Shown: positions 58,245 to 64,000 of the stretch, piece after piece
How the letters are laid out: each line of letters starts with the position of its first letter
Numbering within the stretch: position 1 is the stretch's first letter
DNA from: an uncultured Bacteroidales bacterium
GTDB lineage: Bacteria; Bacteroidota; Bacteroidia; Bacteroidales; DTU049
Length of the DNA: 64,000 bases
NCBI GenBank assembly: GCA_964388575.1
Contig: CAYMAZ010000003.1
Span: forward strand, 20,637-84,636
Direction of reading: 5' to 3'
The notes under the pieces: model-generated
What the model was told of the DNA's origin: nothing
The model's database searches: none
Seen by the model: only the letters and a program-made list of their open reading frames with translations
Translations under genes and position numbers: made by a program

Positions 58245-59201
58245 TTACCTGTTTTTTCCTCTCACATATGTGTCCAGTTCATCAACTGAGCTGCTGAAAG
58301 TAAAAGCATCATTCAGCTTGTAATAGTTATTCAGGTCATAAACATAATCATATGCAAATTTTGCAAATTGCAGTTTCGAATCTTCAAAACTGAATAATCC
58401 CATGATTTCTTTGACCTGAGAACACAGCAAACAGTTTGAAGTAGTGATCTGCTTTGCAACAGTCAGTTTAGTGTCTTCAAAGGTCTTTGAACTGATTGAA
58501 CGTTTTGCATCAGTAAAATCCTGTTCTGACATTGGCCAAGGACACCCGATTTTTCCGTTGTATCCTGGCATCTGATAGGTTTTGGGTGTTTCAGTTTGTG
58601 TGTGTCTTCTTTCTGGTTGCTTTGTTCTGTGGCTTTCTCTGTGAGTAACCTGTGTTTGGGTTGTAAAACCTGGTTCATCAATTTCTGTTGTTGGTACTGT
58701 AATTTTTACGTCCATTTCAATTGGTTTTCCGGTTTCAGGATCAATAACCTGTGTGCCGATTCTCATTGTTTCAGTTGAAGGATTTTCTTTTACTGTGTGT
58801 GAAGGGATTGTGACAGGCTGTGTTTCAACTGGCTGGGTTACAACCTGAGCCTGCGGTGTAATCACTTCAAAAGAGTGAAGGCGCATAACGGTTTTATTTT
58901 TCTCTGGCCGGATGATATATTTCGAATGGGTGAAATTTCCATCATAATCCTTGGTTTGAACATTTTTGTCAATATCCTTGATTTTTTCATTTTCAAAAAT
59001 AATTTTCACTCTCAGAAAATCCTGTTTGATATCAGGCAGAAACACACTTGCCTGAGGTTCAGGAGTTTGTTTGATTCCATCAATAATGACCCAAAAGCGT
59101 TCACCGTTTTGATGGAAAATTGTCAATTGGGAACTTTGAGCCAGCAATCCGTTGATTGCAAATACAATAAACAACAAAAACAATCCGGTTTTCTTTTTCA
59201 T
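58245..59201 (-). CDS. Secreted protein with DUF4476-like C-terminal domain
   Basis: Starts MKKKTGLFLLFIVFAINGLLAQ. C-terminal pattern FTDAKRSISSKTFEDTKLTVAKQI...FSFEDSKLQFAKFAY. I placed the start at the Met at 59201. Confidence 0.65.
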   Translation of the reverse strand: MKKKTGLFLLFIVFAINGLLAQSSQLTIFHQNGERFWVIIDGIKQTPEPQASVFLPDIKQDFLRVKIIFENEKIKDIDKNVQTKDYDGNFTHSKYIIRPEKNKTVMRLHSFEVITPQAQVVTQPVETQPVTIPSHTVKENPSTETMRIGTQVIDPETGKPIEMDVKITVPTTEIDEPGFTTQTQVTHRESHRTKQPERRHTQTETPKTYQMPGYNGKIGCPWPMSEQDFTDAKRSISSKTFEDTKLTVAKQITTSNCLLCSQVKEIMGLFSFEDSKLQFAKFAYDYVYDLNNYYKLNDAFTFSSSVDELDTYVRGKNR

Positions 59202-59269
59202 AACTCTTTGATTTATATTTATTAACATTAATTTTTGGATTCGGAAATCTTTTTTTCCACAATAATCTG

Positions 59270-60301
59270 CTAAATTATTGTCAGGATAAATTTAAAAATC
59301 TTCGTGGCTGTTGACACACCTTTTTGAATCTTGTCCCAGTTGATTTTCGGGGTTTTTGAGGGATCCACAACCAGTTTACCGTCAAATGACTCAATCACAT
59401 CTATCACCTGTGTGCCCTCTTTAAAATTCAGATCATTAAAGATATCTTTTGTTCCGGAAAGAATTTTTGGAAATTTTCCTTCTTTGGGGTCATAGAATTT
59501 TGTCAGATCAAGCAGTACCTGACCGTTTTCGTCAACCACCATGGGAAACATCGAAGGATCATATTGTTTTCCGTTAAAATTAAATACAAGTCCGCTCGGA
59601 ATATCTCCCTCTTCAATATCAAGATCAGCAGGAAAAGCTTTGTTTTGCATTCCGGGTAAATTTACGATTCCGTCATACACGGCAGGGGCAAGGCCATTGC
59701 GCTCATACATTGGTATCCGCATTGAAACTTCCATCATCCCGTCTTTTTCAATGGCATCACCAAATTGTTGTGCTCCCTTTACCACTCCGTCAACGCGTGT
59801 GTATATATAATCACTCTGAACCATCATGTCCTTCACAGTTGTTTCACTTACCACATTCACTCCCTGGATAATCTCCAGAAGATTTCTCTGCGCAACGACA
59901 ATGGCTCCTCTTGTTGCCATGGCACGAGCCTGAGCTGCATTGGGAAAACGGTCATAATCAATGACAGCTGTTCCCCTTGCCTCAATATATTGTTCTGTCC
60001 AGTTTACTGAACCATTTGGTTTTGATGTGATCACTGGTGATGTTGCTTCAATGAGGTCTTCAAAATGAACGATCTCTAAAGGCTGAATTTCTCCGGTGGG
60101 TTTTTTGAATTCAGCATCAGGCTTCTTTGCTGTTGCTTCTGTTTTACTACTTGTGTTTGTTGTTTCTGACTCACGTGCAGTGGCCTGTTCAGTTTTCTTT
60201 GCTTTTTTACTCTTTTTTTCTCTTTTAACTTTCTGACCGTACACATCGGTCGCTGCCATGCAAACTGTCAGAAGAACTATAAAAATGATGGATCTTTTCA
60301 T
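59270..60301 (-). CDS. Secreted protein with Lys-rich linker and LPP20/FlgT-N-like segment (tentative)
   Basis: 343 aa. Signal peptide, then QKVKREKKSKKAKK. Contains YIEARGTAVID...NAAQARAMATRGAIVVAQRNLLEIIQG. Confidence 0.5.
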   Translation of the reverse strand: MKRSIIFIVLLTVCMAATDVYGQKVKREKKSKKAKKTEQATARESETTNTSSKTEATAKKPDAEFKKPTGEIQPLEIVHFEDLIEATSPVITSKPNGSVNWTEQYIEARGTAVIDYDRFPNAAQARAMATRGAIVVAQRNLLEIIQGVNVVSETTVKDMMVQSDYIYTRVDGVVKGAQQFGDAIEKDGMMEVSMRIPMYERNGLAPAVYDGIVNLPGMQNKAFPADLDIEEGDIPSGLVFNFNGKQYDPSMFPMVVDENGQVLLDLTKFYDPKEGKFPKILSGTKDIFNDLNFKEGTQVIDVIESFDGKLVVDPSKTPKINWDKIQKGVSTATKIFKFILTII

Positions 60302-60338
60302 GGTTTTATCTTATTTAAATTATTCAAAAACTTATATT

Positions 60339-61652
60339 TTATCTTTGTTTTGGACTTTGACTCTTTGTTCCCTCAGGAGATAATATGTTTAACTCTTCAA
60401 GCTTGAAAGTTGAAGGTGCAAAATTAATCTGTCTTCCATATATATATTTGACATCCAGTTTTTTGGGAGCAAGTTCCGGAAGTGCATCTGCATAATCAAG
60501 AATCTTGTCAGCAAGTTGATCTGGACGATTCTTAAAAGTACAATTCAGTTTTGTAAAATTGTCAAAACTTACAATTTCCATATCTCCCCCAAAATCAGAA
60601 TCACTCTGCAGTTTTGATCTGAGAGATCGGAGTTCACGATATGTTCCTGTATGATAGAATCTGAGTTCAAACGGCGTTCCGTTGTTTGACCAACTGCCAA
60701 TATAACGGGTAAAAGTCCCCAGTAATTTGATAAAATCCCGTTCTATTGCCTCAGAAATGCCGGCCATGATCTGTGATCCAACCTCCCTTCCGGATCTCCA
60801 GTCACTTTCCAGGACAATGGTTCCCAATCCTTCAGCTGTGCAATTATCATAAGCCTTACACTCAATGATGATGCTTGATGATGTTCTTGTGTCAAACGCT
60901 TCGCTTCTGGTGCTTATGCGAATATTCTTAATGAAAATTATAAACTGAGCATCTGCCTTTAAACCAATATGTTGAATATAGGTTTCCTCCGAAGCCCTGA
61001 TATCATTCATGATCCCGCGTGTTTCCGTTTTCAGGTCATCAAAGCGCTTTTTATCAATATATCTGTAACCACGTTGTGAAAGAAATTCATTCACCCTTTC
61101 GATGGCAAATTCGTAATTTGAAATATCACCCGATGCAACAGAACGTTCATCATACATCACCAGAAATCTGACACCTCCAACAGATTTTGTAAGTAAATTA
61201 AAATCTGCTTTCATGGGGCTGAGACTGACTTTAGCCCTAACCGAAACCTCATATCTGTCAGGGAAGGGTGTTTCTTTAAGAATAGTATAGCTAGTAATGT
61301 ACCCTTCTGACTTAGATGTGATTGCATCTCTTATCACAACAAAGTTTTCAACTCTGGTTTCAGATGCCAGAGATACACCAGCAGCCTGCTCAACACAAAG
61401 CCGTAGAGCATTTTTTAATGCATCTTCCCGGTTTACTCCAATGCCCTTTGCATCAACTTCGGCCACATCGCCTCTGAGATTTACTCCGGGCTGAAACTGT
61501 TCGGTGACAACAGGTTCACTTTGAACAGGAGCAACCTGTGCTGGAGTTTCAGTGGTCGCTTTCTTTTTGTCTTTCTTTCTGGTTTTTTGCGCCATCAAAT
61601 CGGCTGATAACAATACTGAAAACACTAAAACAAATAATAAACACTTTCTCAT
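60339..61652 (-). CDS. Secreted protein with Lys-rich linker and LPP20/FlgT-N-like segment (tentative)
   Basis: 437 aa. Signal peptide, then QKTRKKDKKK. Contains AEVDAKGIGVNREDALKNALRLCVEQAAGVSL. Confidence 0.5.
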   Translation of the reverse strand: MRKCLLFVLVFSVLLSADLMAQKTRKKDKKKATTETPAQVAPVQSEPVVTEQFQPGVNLRGDVAEVDAKGIGVNREDALKNALRLCVEQAAGVSLASETRVENFVVIRDAITSKSEGYITSYTILKETPFPDRYEVSVRAKVSLSPMKADFNLLTKSVGGVRFLVMYDERSVASGDISNYEFAIERVNEFLSQRGYRYIDKKRFDDLKTETRGIMNDIRASEETYIQHIGLKADAQFIIFIKNIRISTRSEAFDTRTSSSIIIECKAYDNCTAEGLGTIVLESDWRSGREVGSQIMAGISEAIERDFIKLLGTFTRYIGSWSNNGTPFELRFYHTGTYRELRSLRSKLQSDSDFGGDMEIVSFDNFTKLNCTFKNRPDQLADKILDYADALPELAPKKLDVKYIYGRQINFAPSTFKLEELNILSPEGTKSQSPKQR

Positions 61653-61684
61653 AGGGTTCTTTTTATAGGTTAATTTTTAAACTT

Positions 61685-61692
61685 CAAATGTA
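61685..61692 (-). promoter_or_regulatory. Bacteroidota -7 promoter box (TACATTTG)
   Basis: Plus strand reads caaatgta, 33 nt upstream of the ATG at 61652. Confidence 0.45.
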
Positions 61693-61766
61693 CTCATTTT
61701 TTGAAAAAACAATGTCTTTTCAACTATTATGCCAAATTTTGTCTCTTCAACAATAAAGAACTGTTG

Positions 61767-61774
61767 TACATTTG
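61767..61774 (+). promoter_or_regulatory. Bacteroidota -7 promoter box (TACATTTG)
   Basis: Exact TAnnTTTG ending 23 nt before the GTG at 61797. It lies inside the longer track ORF, which argues for the downstream start. Confidence 0.45.
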
Positions 61775-61796
61775 CAAAATAACAAAATACGGATTT

Positions 61797-63128
61797 GTGA
61801 AAAAAGAGTTTTCCAGAAAAACGATATTTCTGGTTGCATTGCCAATTATACTTGAAAGTCTGGCACAAAATATCCTGAATATCACCGACACTGCTTTTAT
61901 GGGGCGTATCGGTGAAATTAATCTGGGTGCTGCTGCCATAGGCTCACTTTACTATTTTGTGTTTATTATGATTGCTTTTGGATTGGGTGTGGGATCTCAG
62001 ATCATCATTGCCAGAAGATTCGGAGAAGGGAATTTGAAAATGATCGGGAAAACACTAGAACAAACCCAGTATCTCATGCTTGCAATAGCAATAATTCTGC
62101 TGACTGTTTCCCGAATCTTTCTTCCTCAGATTCTGGATGCAATTGTATCTTCACAATCTATTAGAGACAAAGCGTTTGAATATCTTTCCTACAGATTGTT
62201 CGGATTCATCCCGGCATTTCTCAATGCTTCATTCAGAGCTTTTTTTGTCGGAATTGCCAGAACAAAAGTGATCACATACACAACCGTTGTCATGACGATA
62301 GTGAACATTGGCTTAAATTATCTGCTTATTTTCGGTCATTATGGATTTCCTGAAATGGGGATTTCAGGTGCTGCCGTCGCCTCAGTCATTGCAGAAACAT
62401 GTGCACTAGGTATCTTTTTCTTCTATGCGAGGTTTAAAACCAACATCCACGAATTCAGGTTGTTTCGTTTTCATGGATTTCAGTTGCATCTGATCAGAAG
62501 AATTCTGAAAATCTCATCACCACTCATGCTTCAGCATTTTGTATCAATGGTATGCTGGTTTTCCTTTTTTCTGTTTATTGAAAAAATGGGAGAAACCGAA
62601 CTCGCTGTATCAAATCTTATCCGGAGTGCATACATTTTCATGTGTCTGCCGATCTGGGGATTCTCTGCAGTGACAAATACCTTCGTGAGCCAGCTCATCG
62701 GAAGGGGAAAGTCTGATCAGATAATGGGAATTATTGGCAAGGTTCTTTCTATTTGCCTTCCTTTCACGATGGCTCTCACCGCACTGCTTGCCTTCTTTGC
62801 ACGTTCTTCTCTTAGCGTTTTAACTAATGATTTTTATCTGATAGAGCAGGCATTGCCTGTGTTTTATGTCATCCTTGGAGCAGCTCCTCTGCTGACAATT
62901 GGAATCATTGTATTTAGCGCATTGACCGGAACAGGCCAAACAACTACCGGAATGATCATTGAGCTTGCCGTACTGACTGTTTATATTATTTTCACATGGA
63001 TTGTGATATACGAGCTTAACTGGAACCTGGCTGCAGCCTGGACTGTTGAATACCTTTACGGAATACTTATCGGTGTGACTTCATTTTTATATATGAAGTC
63101 CGGCAAATGGAAAAAAACAAACGTATAA
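61797..63128 (+). CDS. MATE-family efflux transporter
   Basis: About 443 aa starting at GTG (VKKEFSRKTIFLVALPIILESLAQNILNITDTAFMGRIG). It has about 12 hydrophobic helices and a typical MATE N-terminus. Confidence 0.85.
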   Translation: MKKEFSRKTIFLVALPIILESLAQNILNITDTAFMGRIGEINLGAAAIGSLYYFVFIMIAFGLGVGSQIIIARRFGEGNLKMIGKTLEQTQYLMLAIAIILLTVSRIFLPQILDAIVSSQSIRDKAFEYLSYRLFGFIPAFLNASFRAFFVGIARTKVITYTTVVMTIVNIGLNYLLIFGHYGFPEMGISGAAVASVIAETCALGIFFFYARFKTNIHEFRLFRFHGFQLHLIRRILKISSPLMLQHFVSMVCWFSFFLFIEKMGETELAVSNLIRSAYIFMCLPIWGFSAVTNTFVSQLIGRGKSDQIMGIIGKVLSICLPFTMALTALLAFFARSSLSVLTNDFYLIEQALPVFYVILGAAPLLTIGIIVFSALTGTGQTTTGMIIELAVLTVYIIFTWIVIYELNWNLAAAWTVEYLYGILIGVTSFLYMKSGKWKKTNV

Positions 63129-63148
63129 TAATTGGAAACCCAATGCTC

Positions 63149-64000
63149 TCAGCATTGTTCTCCTTTGAGTGTAGCACTTGTGAATCCGGTAATTTTCACA
63201 TGAATAACAGACCCCGGAGGTGTTTGATTCAGATTTCCCGGAAAAACAATCACCTTATTCTGTGAAGATCTTCCCATGAGCTCTAACTCACTTCTTTTTG
63301 AAACATTTTCAACCATGACCTGAAATATTTTTCCAACATCAGCTTTGTTATGCTTTGCAGACAATTCAAGCTGCAAATTGATGATTTCTGTCAAACGTCT
63401 GGTTTTCACATCTTCGGGAACATCGTCCTGCATCACTTTAGCTGCAGTGGTCCCCGGTCGTTCACTATATTTAAACATAAAAGCATAAAAGAATCCGGCT
63501 TCCTTCATTGCTGTCATGGTCTGTCTGTGTTCCTCCTCTGTCTCTCCACAGAAACCGGCTATGATATCGGTTGAAATTGTACAGTCAGGAACAACAGTCC
63601 TGATTGCTTCAACACGATCAAGATACCATTCCCTTGTATATTTCCGGTTCATCCGTTTCAAAACAGAACTACTTCCGGACTGCATTGGCAAATGTATGGA
63701 TCTGCATATATTTTCATGTGAAGCAATCGTGTGAAGCAGCTTGTCAGACAAATCTTTCGGATGACTAGTTGCAAAACGGAAACGTGTATCCGGGAATTTT
63801 CCTGCCAGCACATCCAGCAGGTCAGGAAAATCAAATACCCCGGGTTTCCCTTCAAATCTGTAGGAGTTAACATTCTGACCCAGCAATGTGATTTCATAAA
63901 TGCCCCTGTTCACATGTGAAAAGATTTCCCTTTCAACTGAATCAGGAGTTCTGCTTCGTTCTTTTCCACGAGTAAAGGGCACAACACAATAGGAACAGAA
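63149..64000 (-). CDS. miaB: tRNA methylthiotransferase MiaB, 5' end cut by window end
   Basis: The frame stays open to base 64000. The radical-SAM motif CSYCVVPFTRGKERS sits at the window edge, and a C-terminal TRAM-like region follows. Ends in TGA at 63149-63151. Confidence 0.88.
   Translation of the reverse strand, partial: FCSYCVVPFTRGKERSRTPDSVEREIFSHVNRGIYEITLLGQNVNSYRFEGKPGVFDFPDLLDVLAGKFPDTRFRFATSHPKDLSDKLLHTIASHENICRSIHLPMQSGSSSVLKRMNRKYTREWYLDRVEAIRTVVPDCTISTDIIAGFCGETEEEHRQTMTAMKEAGFFYAFMFKYSERPGTTAAKVMQDDVPEDVKTRRLTEIINLQLELSAKHNKADVGKIFQVMVENVSKRSELELMGRSSQNKVIVFPGNLNQTPPGSVIHVKITGFTSATLKGEQC

Noticed and set aside
61701-61796. 32-codon N-terminal extension of the MATE transporter ORF
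   Set aside because: The predicted -7 box (61767-61774) lies inside it. The MATE-like sequence begins at the GTG at 61797.
63141-63157. 7-bp hairpin CAATGCT-ctc-AGCATTG between the MATE gene and miaB, as a possible terminator
   Set aside because: The loop is only 3 nt, there is no clear U-tract on either strand, and the hairpin overlaps the miaB stop codon. The evidence is too weak to call.
1-64000. Possibility that TGA is reassigned genome-wide (code 4 or 25), which would explain the in-frame TGA at 16036
   Set aside because: Many long, well-recognised genes in the window end at TGA (for example 15460-15462, 27248-27250 and 63149-63151). All housekeeping ORFs are intact under the standard code.
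1-64000. CRISPR arrays, transposases, integrases, prophage or defence-island genes
   Set aside because: I read both strands and saw no spaced repeat arrays. No ORF has recombinase, transposase or phage-structural motifs. The window looks like core chromosome.

Overview
AT-rich chromosomal segment that I assign to Bacteroidota, based on type IX secretion (T9SS) and gliding genes and on repeated TAnnTTTG -7 promoter boxes. It is densely coding on both strands and is mostly core genome. Housekeeping genes I recognise are mnmA, ruvB, tnaA, anmK, murF, ispF, purD, rnhB, pepD and miaB (partial). The known gldJ/porU/porV neighbourhood is present with a PorP/SprF gene. I found no rRNA, tRNA, CRISPR array, transposase, integrase or phage genes.

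The items most worth a second look:
1. A thioredoxin-fold T9SS cargo gene (15463-16218, minus strand) is split in the ORF track by one in-frame TGA. That TGA sits exactly where the first Cys of the CxxC redox motif should be (PG-TGA-GTC). It is either a candidate secreted UxxC selenoprotein or a nonsense pseudogene.
2. A second, divergent PorV-like plus PorU-like (C25 peptidase) pair lies at 21-27 kb. Three envelope proteins of unknown function follow it, one with a PorP-like N-terminus. Together these may form a paralogous T9SS sorting module.
3. One protein fuses an APH/AmgK-like kinase to a RapZ C-terminal domain.
4. A 1219-aa TonB-dependent-receptor-like protein and a large secreted partner sit downstream of a propeller-sensor LytS/LytTR two-component pair. 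The partner ORF runs off the window start and is missing from the ORF track.
5. There are small dispersed and short-period tandem intergenic repeats.

All functional calls come from reading motifs in the supplied translations. No database search was run.
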